A stretch of DNA of 64,000 bases, taken from the NCBI GenBank assembly GCA_963741945.1, contig CAVUKA010000001.1, positions 1,312,001-1,376,000 of the forward strand, read 5' to 3'. A program made the translations under genes and the position numbers. This stretch comes from an uncultured Gemmatimonadales bacterium. GTDB taxonomy: Bacteria; Gemmatimonadota; Gemmatimonadetes; Longimicrobiales; RSA9. This document shows positions 8,864 through 18,535 of the stretch, one piece after another. The notes under the pieces are model-generated. The model was not told the origin of the DNA. It saw nothing but the letters and a program-made list of their open reading frames with translations, and ran no database searches. Numbering within the stretch: position 1 is the first letter of the stretch; every line of letters begins with the position of its first letter.

Positions 8864-10803
8864 GCCGCACCTCCCTTCACCTTCGGGGTTCGCCGCGCCC
8901 CGGCCTTGCCGATCTTACCGGTCCGGATCAGGCGGTCGACCATCACCTCGTGAATCGTCTGCGGCCGGAGCGGCTCACCGAGAACCCGCGTCCAGCAGTC
9001 CACGTCCACCAGCGTCTGCGCCCGGAGCAGCCAGGCGAGCTGGCCGTACCGCCGCGTCTCGTCCGTGATGTACGGATCGTCCGGGTCGTCGCTGTAGTTG
9101 ATCTCCACCGTCATCACGTGATCGAACTTCGCGAAGATCTCCCTCAGCCCCGGCTCCATCGGGGAGAGGAAGCGCAGGTGCAGCGACGACACGCGCAGCC
9201 CGCCTTCGCGCGCCCGGTCCACCGCCTCTTCGATCGCCCCCTTCGTGCTCCCCCAGCCCACCACCAGGAGGTCGCCCTCGTCGTCGCCGTAGACTTCCGG
9301 CTTCTGCAGCGCCTGGTGCAGCACCGCCAGCTTGCGGCTCCGCATCGTGGACGCCCGCTGGTTGATGTCCGAGCTGTACGCCACCTTGCTGTTCTCGTCG
9401 TGCGCCAGCCCCGTCAGCGTGTGCATCCCGTTCGCCTGTCCGGGGATGAAACGCCGGCTCAAGCCCGTCTTCGCATCCCAGTCGTACGGCCGCAGCCCCT
9501 CCGGGATCGGCGACTGGTCCGCCGGCCCGGCCATCCAGCTCGTCTGCGGATCCGGCCGCGGGAACGGCTGCACCCCCGTCGCCAGGTTCGCATCGCTCAG
9601 CACCATCACCACCATCCGGAACGTCTCCGCGATCCGGCGCGCCGTGACCATGGCGTGGAAGCACTCCTCGATCGTGGCCGGCGCCATCACCACGTGCGGC
9701 GCGTCACCCGGCTGGCCGAACAGCGCGGCCAGCAGGTCACCCTGCTCCACTTTCGTCGGCAGACCCGTGCTCGGACCGCCCCGCTGCACGTCCACCAGCA
9801 CCAGCGGCACTTCCGTCATGATCGCCAGCCCCAGGAACTCCGTCTTCAGGGCCAGCCCCGGGCCCGACGTGATCGTGAACGCCACCTTCCCCGAATACGA
9901 CGCCCCGATCGCCACACCCGCGGCCGCGATCTCGTCCTCCGCCTGGTGCAGCGTCCCGCCGAAACGCTCGAACATCTCGCCCAGCTGGTGCGACACCGAC
10001 GTGGCCGGCGTGATCGGGTACATCGCCGCCAGCTCCATCCCCAATGCCGTCGCACCCAGCGCGATCGCCTGGTTCCCGTTCATCACCACCATCGGCACGC
10101 CCGACGGCTTCGGCTCCACCCGCACCCGGAAGTCCAGGTTCTCCGCCGCCCAGTCATGACCGAGCTGCAGCAGCTGGTGGTTCTTCTCCGTGACCTCCGC
10201 CTTCTTCTTCCGGAACGCGTATGCGATCTGCTCCTTCACCAGATCCATGTCCCGCTCGTAGATCCACGACAGCAGACCCAGCGCGAACATGTTCTTCCCC
10301 TTCCGGGGATCATCCACCACCGTCCGGCAGATCTCGTCCATCGGGATCTCGATGATCCGGTATCGCTTCGACGACAGCTCCTTCATCGCCGCCGCCCACT
10401 GCTTCCGGATCGTCTCGTCCGCGTGGTCCTTCCAGAGGTTCTCCAGCAGGATCACCGCGTTGTCCGACAGCGCGTCCACCCAGTGCCGGTTCAGCAGCAC
10501 CTGCTCGTTGAACGCCACCACCAGGTCCGTGCTGTCCCCCCAGTTCGTCACCGGACCCGTTCCGATCCGGATCCGGTTCCCACTGGCTCCCGCCGGCATG
10601 CGCGGCGGCGGCTGGATCTCCGCAGGTATCAGCTCGACCGTCCACGCCCCGTTGCCCATCTTCGCGGACACGGAACCGAAGATCTGGCCGCACTTCTGCG
10701 CACCTTCCCCAGGGTCCGAGACGATCTCGACGGTATGTTCATTCGCGTCGATGACTTTCGGCGCCTTCCGGGGCCTCTTCTGTTCTGCCGTAACGGTGGT
10801 CAT
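8860..10803 (-). CDS. 2-oxoacid:ferredoxin oxidoreductase alpha subunit (gamma-alpha fusion)
   Basis: GKNMFALG, GNQAIALG, YPITPA, QAEDEIAA, TSGPG and QRGGPSTGLPT motifs; ATG 10803 is preceded by a GAGG-like RBS. Confidence 0.93.
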   Translation of the reverse strand: MTTVTAEQKRPRKAPKVIDANEHTVEIVSDPGEGAQKCGQIFGSVSAKMGNGAWTVELIPAEIQPPPRMPAGASGNRIRIGTGPVTNWGDSTDLVVAFNEQVLLNRHWVDALSDNAVILLENLWKDHADETIRKQWAAAMKELSSKRYRIIEIPMDEICRTVVDDPRKGKNMFALGLLSWIYERDMDLVKEQIAYAFRKKKAEVTEKNHQLLQLGHDWAAENLDFRVRVEPKPSGVPMVVMNGNQAIALGATALGMELAAMYPITPATSVSHQLGEMFERFGGTLHQAEDEIAAAGVAIGASYSGKVAFTITSGPGLALKTEFLGLAIMTEVPLVLVDVQRGGPSTGLPTKVEQGDLLAALFGQPGDAPHVVMAPATIEECFHAMVTARRIAETFRMVVMVLSDANLATGVQPFPRPDPQTSWMAGPADQSPIPEGLRPYDWDAKTGLSRRFIPGQANGMHTLTGLAHDENSKVAYSSDINQRASTMRSRKLAVLHQALQKPEVYGDDEGDLLVVGWGSTKGAIEEAVDRAREGGLRVSSLHLRFLSPMEPGLREIFAKFDHVMTVEINYSDDPDDPYITDETRRYGQLAWLLRAQTLVDVDCWTRVLGEPLRPQTIHEVMVDRLIRTGKIGKAGARRTPKVKGGAA

Positions 10804-11101
10804 CCCGACCTCGCATGAGGGTCCACACGATCTCGCCTCCAAATATGACCACACACGTGAGCCGTCCACTGTCGGGGTCACGTGGGATTTCCTGTGGGAA
10901 ATCAGGGGTATTTCGCTGTGGGGATTCCTACTGATCCGACGCCCGGCCCGCGACTACAACAGCCCCATACCGGCCACCTCTCCCCTACACCCGCACCCCC
11001 GCGCCCGCCACGCCACGCCCCTCGCTACCCCCGAGTTCGGCTGGAATTGCAGGCGAAGTGGTCTTATTCCCTCCCGTCAGCGCCGTCGTCGTCGCGAAGC
11101 C

Positions 11102-11500
11102 GCGGAGAACGTCAACAGCGCCTCACGCGGAGATCGCGGAAAACGTCAACAGCGGCTCACGCGGAGATCGCGGAGAACGTCAACAGCGGCTCACGCGGAG
11201 ATCGCGGAAAACGTCAACAGCGGCTCACGCGGAGATCGCGGAGAACGTCAACAGCGGCTCACGCGGAGCCGCGGAGATCGCGGAGGCCTGCATCGGCGGC
11301 GCGGGCTTCGATGGCGAGCTGAGGTGACCGGGCGAATGAAATGGTATGGCACCGGCGAGTTGCCGGGCGAGGCGGCCCGCTCGCCGCCAAATGCCCCTCC
11401 GCGTTCTCCGCGCCTCCGCGTGGAATGTTGTTCTCCGCGTCCTCCGCGTTCTCCGCGTGGAATGCTGTTCTCCGCGTTCTCCGCGCCTCCGCGTGGAATA
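11102..11500. repeat. Composite inverted repeat element: five 34-bp tandem units facing three ~36-bp inverted units
   Basis: Unit GCGGA(G/A)AACGTCAACAGCGGCTCACGCGGAGATC starts at 11102, 11136, 11170, 11204 and 11238. CTCCGCG-rich complementary units lie at 11397-11500. Confidence 0.92.
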
Positions 11501-11688
11501 CCCGCGGGCATGACGCCCTTGCTTTCACGGGATTGGGCGGGCGCCGGGAATCGCATAGGAATGGGGGGCGCGCGCCGGGCTGTGGCGGCGGGGGTGGGGC
11601 GGGAAGGGTCTCGGACGTGACTTACCCGCCGCCGTCTTCCGGAAAGGAAGGGCCGACGGGGGTGGGCCGCGGGATGTTCCGTGGGGCG

Positions 11689-11907
11689 CTACTTGTGCCG
11701 GTAGACGATCCGTCCCCGGGTCAGGTCGTACGGTGAGAGAACGAGCGTCACGCGATCGCCCGTGAGCACCCGGATCTTGAACTTGGACATCTTCCCCGCG
11801 GCGTACGCCAGGACTTCGTGTCCGTTCTCCAGCTTGACCCGATACATTCGATCGGGGAGCACGTCGGTGACGACGCCCTCCATTTCGATGCCTTCCTGCT
11901 TCGCCAT
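11689..11907 (-). CDS. infA: Translation initiation factor IF-1
   Basis: [11 protein letters not shown]...[26 protein letters not shown], 72 aa; AGGAGA RBS. Confidence 0.98.
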   Translation of the reverse strand: MAKQEGIEMEGVVTDVLPDRMYRVKLENGHEVLAYAAGKMSKFKIRVLTGDRVTLVLSPYDLTRGRIVYRHK

Positions 11908-11995
11908 AGTTTCTCCTGTTCCGGTTCGAAATCACGAAAGGGCCGCGCGAGGAGAACATACCCGGCGCGGCCTTTTCCGTTCGGCTGCGCGGACG

Positions 11996-12205
11996 CTAGC
12001 CGATGCGCTGCACGTTTTCGGCCGCCGGCCCCTTCTGCCCCTCGACCATATCGAATTCGACCCGCTCCCCTTCGGCGAGGGTCTTGAAACCTTCCCCGAG
12101 AATGGAGGAGTGGTGCACGAAACAGTCCCGGTCACCGCCATCCGGCTCGATGAATCCGAACCCCTTGGCGTCGTTGAACCACTTTACCGTGCCCTGCGTG
12201 CTCAT
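11996..12205 (-). CDS. cspA: Cold-shock protein
   Basis: [15 protein letters not shown] (RNP1), FVHHS (RNP2), GFKTLAEG and GQKGPAA. Confidence 0.96.
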   Translation of the reverse strand: MSTQGTVKWFNDAKGFGFIEPDGGDRDCFVHHSSILGEGFKTLAEGERVEFDMVEGQKGPAAENVQRIG

Positions 12206-12322
12206 TGTCGTTCGTACTCCAGTAACTGATTGCCAAAAAAGGACCCGGGGCAAACGATCGCCCCAGGTCTCAATCAAACCGCCGGCTCTGGCTTGCCCGT
12301 CCTGCCCTGTATTGCGCCAGCA

Positions 12323-12351
12323 ACGTTAGGCCGGCTCCAGCGGTACGTCAA
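12323..12351 (-). promoter_or_regulatory. Sigma70-type promoter for cspA-infA
   Basis: Minus strand reads TTGACG-N17-TAACGT, implying a 5' UTR of about 110 nt. Confidence 0.7.
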
Positions 12352-12503
12352 GCGCAGTCGCGGGCGCGCGCGAGCCCGTGGGCGTGCGCCGCCGGATTCA
12401 GCCGGACCGCCATCATCACCACCGCCGCGCTGCTGCACGCCCGGTCGCAGGCGGCAGCCTGGACCACGCCGCCGGCCCTGTTCTTGCCCCCGCTGACGCC
12501 GCC

Positions 12504-12881
12504 ATGATCATCCAGACCCTTTCCGAGAACCGCCTCCGCCTCCATTCGGCGCTCGACCCCGCTTTCGGGTTCGACATCGGCGACGACGCCGGGCTCTCGC
12601 CGTTCCATCTGCTGGCCGCGTCGCTGGCCACGTGCACGTTCTCCGTGCTTCACGGCTGGGCGCACCAGGCGCAGCTCCCCCTCGATGACCTCGAGATCAC
12701 CATCGACTGGGACTTCGGCGACGACCCGCTGCGCGTCACCGACATGCGGATGGAGGTCCGCTGGCCCGGGCTCCCCGAAGCCCGCGCCCCTGCCGCTCGC
12801 CGCGTGGCCGCCCATTGCACCATCCACCACACGCTCGAGCGCGGCGCGCACGTCGAGACGACGGTCGACTCGCCCGCATAG
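12504..12881 (+). CDS. OsmC/Ohr-like family protein
   Basis: SPFHLLAASLATC ... HCTIHHTL two-Cys pattern; about 125 aa. Confidence 0.8.
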   Translation: MIIQTLSENRLRLHSALDPAFGFDIGDDAGLSPFHLLAASLATCTFSVLHGWAHQAQLPLDDLEITIDWDFGDDPLRVTDMRMEVRWPGLPEARAPAARRVAAHCTIHHTLERGAHVETTVDSPA

Positions 12882-12973
12882 CGCCCCGCCGGCCCCCTTC
12901 CCCCGTGCTCCGCCGCGCCCTACGTTCCCGGGCGCCCCACCCACCGATACCCTCTGCCGACGGAGGCCATCCC

Positions 12974-15685
12974 GTGCGCCGTGCCGTGCCCGTTGTCCTG
13001 CTCCTGCTCTCCCTCGGCGTCCCCGCCGCCGCCCAGCACGCACTGGCGGACGCCGGCCCGTACGACCCGGCCGTCCCGACGCCCGCATCGGTTCTGGGCT
13101 ATCCGCTCGGCGCCCGCTTCACGCCATACCACGTCATGGCCCGGTACGCCGAGGCGGTGGCGGCCGCCAGCCCGCGCGTTCGCCTGGACACGGTGGCGGT
13201 GAGTTACGAGGGGCGCGGAGTGCTGCTCCTGACCATCACGTCGGATGCGAACCAGGCGCGGCTCGCGGCCATCCGGGAAGCGACGGCGACACTGGCCGAC
13301 CCGTTCCGCCGGTCGGCCTCGCCGGAGCCCGCGCCCGCCGCGCGGAACGCGGCCCCGGGCCTGGATCAGCTCGCGGCCACGACGCCGGCGGTGGTGTGGC
13401 TCGGATTCACGATCCACGGCAACGAGGGATCGGGGGTGGAGGCTGGCCTGGGCGTGCTCTACCAGCTCGCCGCCGGCCAGGACTCCGCCACCCGGATGGT
13501 GCTGGACAGCGTCGTCGTGCTCATCGACCCGGTCCAGAATCCGGACGGTCACGAGCGGCACGTGCAGGACGTGCTCCGTGAAATGGGCGCGTTCGGGCCC
13601 GACCCGTACCCGGGCGCGATGATCCAGACCCAGAACTGGCCGGGCGGGCGGACGAGCCACTACCTCTTCGACCTGAACCGCGACTGGTTCCTCCACACGC
13701 ACCCGGAGACGCTCGGCCGCATGCGCACGTTCGCGGCCTGGCATCCACAGGTGGCGGTGGACCTGCACGAGATGGGCTCCGGCTCCACGTACTTCTTCGC
13801 GCCACCCATGCAGCCCATCAACCCGAACGTGCCCGCATCCATCCGGGACTGGTGGGGCATCTACGCCCGGGCCAACGCCGACGCCCTCGCCGCCGACGGC
13901 TGGGGCTTCTTCACCCGCGAGGGCTACGACGAGTTCTATCCCGGCTACGGCGTTTCCTGGCCGGTCCTCACCGGCGCCGTCGGGATGACGTACGAGGAGG
14001 CATCCAGCGGCGGTGGCGCCATCCGGCGCGATGACGGGACGGTCGTCACGCTGCGCGACGCCGCACGCAAGCACTACACGGCCGCCATGGCCACGCTGGC
14101 CATGACCGCCCATCGGCGGAGTGACCGCGTGCGCGACTACGTGGCGTTCCGTCGCTCCGCCGTGACCGAGGCGGAGCGGGCTCCGCTCCGCGCCGTGGTC
14201 CTGGAGCCGGACGCCGGAGGCCGGGCGGACGCCCTCGCCCGGGTGCTGCTGGAGAACGGCATCGAAGTGGGCCGGCTGTCGCAGGCGACGTCGATCTCCG
14301 CCACCCCGTACGGCGAGACACGTCCCCGCCGCGTCGACCTCCCGGCGAGCGCCTGGGTCATCGACCTGGCGCAGCCCCAGGGTCGCCTCGCCCGCGCCCT
14401 GCTGGAGCCCGACGCGAGCCTCGACTCCGCGTTCATCCGGGACGAGCTCGAAGCTCGCCGCAACGGCCAGCGCGACCGCTTCTACGACATCACCGCCTGG
14501 TCGCTCCCGTTCACGTTCCGTGTGCATGCATGGGGGACGGGGGCGGCTCCGTCCGGGGTCCGCCCGGTTCCGGCCCCCGCCTACCTCGCGTGGACAGCGC
14601 CGCCCGCCCGTCCCGCCACCATCTCCACCGCGCCGCCGTCCGAACCCCCGGGAGCCCTCGGGCCCGGCATCGTGCCCACGTCCCTTCCGGTGGAGCGGGC
14701 CCGCTACGCCTATGCCTTCGGAACCGGGAGCGACGCATCGCTGCGCATGCTCGCGCGGCTGCTCGCCGACAGCGTGCGCGTGCGCCACGCGACCCGCCCG
14801 TTCAGGGTGGGAGCCGCCGATTTCCCCCATGGCGCGTTCCTGGTGGTGGTCAACCGTAACGCGCCCGACATCCACGACCGGATCCGGGGCGCCGCTGCGG
14901 CCACGGGTGCCCGCGTGGCGGCCGTGGACAACGCGCTGGTGGACGCCGGGGCGGACCTGGGGAGCAACAGCGTCGTGAGCATACCGGTATCCCGCGTCGC
15001 GCTCGTGGGTGGTGAGGGTGTGAGCTCGGCCTCGTACGGCGCGGCATGGTACGCGTTCGATCGCCTGCTGGGGTTCCCGGTCACGCGCGTGGAGGCGGGC
15101 CGGCTCGCTCGCGCGCTCGGCGACTTCAATGTGGTGGTCCTCCCCTCCGCTGCCGGCCTCGACGCCGTGCTCGGCGACGCCGGGACCGATGCGCTCCGCC
15201 GCTGGGTCCGCGCCGGCGGCACGCTGGTGACGCTGGACGCCGCTACCGCGTGGCTCGACCGCGCGGGCATTGGCCGGCTGAAGCTCGCCGAGCCGCCCGC
15301 GCCGAATGGCGGGGCGCCGCTCCCCGTGTCGGTTCCGGGCGCCATCGTCCGTGCCGAAGCCGACACGCTCTCGCCGCTCCTGGCCGGCATCGCCGAGCCG
15401 GAGCTCCTGGTGCTCCTCTCGGGCGACCGGGTCTACCGGATGCCCGACGACGCGCGCCCCGGCGAGGCTGTGCTGCGCTATGCCGGTGCGGAGCGGCTCC
15501 GGGTGGCCGGGTACCTCTGGCCCGAAGTCCCGGCCCGGGTGGCCGGAACGCCGTGCCTCTGGACCGAGAGTGTCGGCGCCGGTCGGGTCGTCGCCTTCAC
15601 CGGCGACCCCAACTTCCGCGCCATGTGGCGCGGCCTCCTGCCCGTGTTCGCGAACGCTGTCTTCCTCGGCCCCACGCTCAGGTAG
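12974..15685 (+). CDS. Secreted M14 zinc carboxypeptidase family protein (paralogue 1)
   Basis: Signal peptide after a GGAGG RBS and GTG start; IHGNE, NPDG, FDLNRD and DLHEM motifs; C-terminal GATase-like domain. Confidence 0.88.
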   Translation: MRRAVPVVLLLLSLGVPAAAQHALADAGPYDPAVPTPASVLGYPLGARFTPYHVMARYAEAVAAASPRVRLDTVAVSYEGRGVLLLTITSDANQARLAAIREATATLADPFRRSASPEPAPAARNAAPGLDQLAATTPAVVWLGFTIHGNEGSGVEAGLGVLYQLAAGQDSATRMVLDSVVVLIDPVQNPDGHERHVQDVLREMGAFGPDPYPGAMIQTQNWPGGRTSHYLFDLNRDWFLHTHPETLGRMRTFAAWHPQVAVDLHEMGSGSTYFFAPPMQPINPNVPASIRDWWGIYARANADALAADGWGFFTREGYDEFYPGYGVSWPVLTGAVGMTYEEASSGGGAIRRDDGTVVTLRDAARKHYTAAMATLAMTAHRRSDRVRDYVAFRRSAVTEAERAPLRAVVLEPDAGGRADALARVLLENGIEVGRLSQATSISATPYGETRPRRVDLPASAWVIDLAQPQGRLARALLEPDASLDSAFIRDELEARRNGQRDRFYDITAWSLPFTFRVHAWGTGAAPSGVRPVPAPAYLAWTAPPARPATISTAPPSEPPGALGPGIVPTSLPVERARYAYAFGTGSDASLRMLARLLADSVRVRHATRPFRVGAADFPHGAFLVVVNRNAPDIHDRIRGAAAATGARVAAVDNALVDAGADLGSNSVVSIPVSRVALVGGEGVSSASYGAAWYAFDRLLGFPVTRVEAGRLARALGDFNVVVLPSAAGLDAVLGDAGTDALRRWVRAGGTLVTLDAATAWLDRAGIGRLKLAEPPAPNGGAPLPVSVPGAIVRAEADTLSPLLAGIAEPELLVLLSGDRVYRMPDDARPGEAVLRYAGAERLRVAGYLWPEVPARVAGTPCLWTESVGAGRVVAFTGDPNFRAMWRGLLPVFANAVFLGPTLR

Positions 15686-15698
15686 ACACGGGTCGGCC

Positions 15699-15728
15699 GG
15701 CAGGGCGGCTGCCGCGGGCCGCCCTGCC
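15699..15728 (+). terminator. GC-rich hairpin after M14 paralogue 1
   Basis: GGCAGGGCGGC/GCCGCCCTGCC stem; no clear U-tract. Confidence 0.4.
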
Positions 15729-15815
15729 CGGCCGTGCTCTGGCCCGCCCCTACCGGCTTCCCTAGCTTCCGTGGATCATGGCTGCCAAACATCGTCGACG
15801 CTCCGGAGGCTGGAC

Positions 15816-18413
15816 GTGAAGCGCCTTCTTGCCGCTTGCCTGCTCTTCCTTTCCGCCGCCCCTGCCGCCGCACAGCACGCGCTGGCCGAGGGCGGGCCCT
15901 ACGACCCCTCGATCCCGACGCCGGCGTCGGTGCTGGGCTACGAGCTCGGAACCCGGTTCACCCCGGACCACCTGATCGTCCGGTACCTCTCCGCGCTGGC
16001 GGATGCGAGCCCGCGCATGCGGCTGGACACCGTGGCCACCACGTGGGAGGGGCGCCCGGTGCTGCTGGCCACGGTTTCGAGCGAGGCGAACATGCGTCGC
16101 CTGGACGAGATCAACACGCTCGCGCACCGCCTGGCGGATCCGCGCGGGGCATCGGAGGCGGAGCTGCGCCGCGCGGTGTCGGCCACGCCCGCCATCGTCT
16201 GGCTCGGCTACACCGTGCATGGCGACGAGGGGTCGGGCGTGGAAGCGGCCATGGCCACGCTCTACCAGCTCACGGCCGGCCAGGACCCGGACACGCGCAT
16301 GGTCCTGGACAGCGTGCTGGTGCTCATCGACCCGGTGCAGAACCCGGACGGGCATGAGAGGCACGTGCAGCAGGTCATGTGGGACCTGGGGCACTTCGGT
16401 CCGGATCCGTACCCACGCGCCGTGGTCCATTTCCACGACTGGCACGGCGGCCGGTCGAACCACTACCTGTTCGACCTGAACCGGGACTGGATCGTGCACG
16501 ACCACCCGGAGACGCGCGGCCGGATGTCGGTGTTCCGGAAATGGTATCCCCACGTGGCGGCGGACCTCCACGAGATGGGATCGAGCTCCACGTACTTCTT
16601 CGCGCCGCCCATGGCGCCGGTGAATGCCAACGTCTCGGATCTGGTCCGCAAGGGATGGCAGCGGTTCTCGCGGGCGAACGCCGCGGCTTTCGCCGCGCAC
16701 GGCTGGGGCTTCTTCACCCGCGAGGGGTACGACGAGTTCTTCCCCGGGTACGGCCCGTCGTGGCCGCTCTACAGCGGGGCCATCGGGATGACGTACGAGC
16801 AGGGATCCAGCGAGGGCGGCGCCATCCGGCGCGATGACGGCTCGCTCCTCACGCTGATGGACGCCGCGAAGCACCACTACACCACCAGCCGCGCCACCCT
16901 GCTCACCGCCGCCCGCTACCGCACCGAGCGCGTGAGCGATTTCCTGGCCTTCCGCCAGGGGGCCATCCGCGACAACGCCCGCGGGCCCATGCGCACGCTC
17001 ATCTTCGCCCGGGACGCCGACGGCCGCGCCGACTCCATGGTGACGGTGCTGCGTCGCAACGACATCGAGGTGAAGCGGACCACCCGCCCGCTCGACCTCC
17101 GCGCCACCCGCTACGGCGAGCACGACGACGGGCGTGTCCGCCTCGGTGCGGGGGCATACGTGGTGGACCTCTCCCAGCCCCAGGGTACGCTGGCGAAAAC
17201 GCTCCTCGAGCCGGACCCGGCGTTCGATCCGGCGTTCATCAGGGAGGAGCTCGCCCGGCGTGAGGCCGGGATGAGCAACCGCTTCTACGACATGACCGGC
17301 TGGGCGCTGCCCTTCCTGTACCGCGTGGACGCGTGGTGGACGCCCGCAACCGTGGAGGCGGTCGAGGACGCGCCCGTCCAGGCCGCCAGCTCCCCGGCCG
17401 CCCCGGGCCGCGCGGGTTACGCCTACGCCATCGAGCCGGGGAGCGAGTCCGGGCTGCGCACGCTCGCCCGCCTCCTGGCGGACAGCGTCCGCGTCCGTTT
17501 CGCGCACCGCTCCTTCTCCGTTCCGGACGGGGAGTTCCCCCGTGGCGCGTTCGTGGTCGTGGTGAACCGGAATCCCGGCCGGGATGTCCACGAGATCGTC
17601 GCCCGCGCGGCCACGGCCACGGGCGCCCGTGTGGTTTCCGTGGACAACGCGCTGGTGGACTCGGGCACCGACCTCGGCAGCAACAGCGTGGTGTCGATCC
17701 CGATTCCCCATGTGGCCCTCGTCGCCGGTGATGCGGTGAGCTCCACCTCCTACGGCGCCTCGTGGTTCACCTTCGACCAGCTGCTCGACTTCCCCGTCAC
17801 CCGGATCGAGCTGCCGGACCTGCTGGGCGCGCTCGATGACTTCAACGTGGTGGTCGTGCCGTCCGCGTACGCCTTCGGCTCGGCCCTCGGCGACGACGGC
17901 AGCGAGGCGCTGCGCACGTGGGTCCGCAACGGCGGCACCCTGATCACGCTCGACGCCGCCACGGCCTGGCTCGTCTCCGATGATGGCTTGTCCCGCTTCA
18001 CCGAGCAGCGCGACACCACTCGCGCCGATGACAGCCCGGGCGCTCCGCTCTCCCTGTCCGTCCCCGGCGCCATCCTCCGCGCCGTGGCGGCCGACACGCT
18101 CTCGCCGCTCCTGGCCGGGATCGAGGACCACGAGATCCCCGTCCTGCTGTTCGGCAGCCGCGTCTACCAGGCCCCGGAGGATGTCCGCCCCGGTGAGGTG
18201 GTGCTCCGCTACGCCGACCAGGACCGGCTCCGTCTTGCCGGCTACCTCTGGCCTGAAGTGCCCGCCCGCGTGGCTGGCACGCCCTACCTCTTCACGGAGC
18301 GATTCGGCGCCGGACGCCTCATCGGGTTCACCGGCGACCCGAACTTCCGCGCCATGTGGCGCGGGCTCCTCCCGCTCTTCGCCAACGCCGTTTTCCTGGG
18401 CGGCGCGATGTAG
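15816..18413 (+). CDS. Secreted M14 zinc carboxypeptidase family protein (paralogue 2)
   Basis: GGAGG RBS with GTG start; signal peptide; VHGDE, NPDG, FDLNRD and DLHEM motifs; colinear with paralogue 1. Confidence 0.88.
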   Translation: MKRLLAACLLFLSAAPAAAQHALAEGGPYDPSIPTPASVLGYELGTRFTPDHLIVRYLSALADASPRMRLDTVATTWEGRPVLLATVSSEANMRRLDEINTLAHRLADPRGASEAELRRAVSATPAIVWLGYTVHGDEGSGVEAAMATLYQLTAGQDPDTRMVLDSVLVLIDPVQNPDGHERHVQQVMWDLGHFGPDPYPRAVVHFHDWHGGRSNHYLFDLNRDWIVHDHPETRGRMSVFRKWYPHVAADLHEMGSSSTYFFAPPMAPVNANVSDLVRKGWQRFSRANAAAFAAHGWGFFTREGYDEFFPGYGPSWPLYSGAIGMTYEQGSSEGGAIRRDDGSLLTLMDAAKHHYTTSRATLLTAARYRTERVSDFLAFRQGAIRDNARGPMRTLIFARDADGRADSMVTVLRRNDIEVKRTTRPLDLRATRYGEHDDGRVRLGAGAYVVDLSQPQGTLAKTLLEPDPAFDPAFIREELARREAGMSNRFYDMTGWALPFLYRVDAWWTPATVEAVEDAPVQAASSPAAPGRAGYAYAIEPGSESGLRTLARLLADSVRVRFAHRSFSVPDGEFPRGAFVVVVNRNPGRDVHEIVARAATATGARVVSVDNALVDSGTDLGSNSVVSIPIPHVALVAGDAVSSTSYGASWFTFDQLLDFPVTRIELPDLLGALDDFNVVVVPSAYAFGSALGDDGSEALRTWVRNGGTLITLDAATAWLVSDDGLSRFTEQRDTTRADDSPGAPLSLSVPGAILRAVAADTLSPLLAGIEDHEIPVLLFGSRVYQAPEDVRPGEVVLRYADQDRLRLAGYLWPEVPARVAGTPYLFTERFGAGRLIGFTGDPNFRAMWRGLLPLFANAVFLGGAM

Positions 18414-18424
18414 CGACGGACCGG

Positions 18425-18462
18425 GCCCCGGCGGCAGTCTTCCCATGACTTCCGCCGGGGGC
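18425..18462 (+). terminator. Hairpin after M14 paralogue 2
   Basis: CCCCGGCGG-CAGTC...GACTT-CCGCCGGGG stem. Confidence 0.45.
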
Positions 18463-18535
18463 TATCCTCCTTCAACGATCCCCCGGAAGCCGCCATTGGC
18501 GCCACCCGTCTGCCCGCGTGAATAGAGGAACACCC

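Noticed and set aside
11102-11286. Possible CRISPR array (34-bp repeats)
   Set aside because: Units are directly adjacent with no unique spacers, and there are no cas genes in the window.
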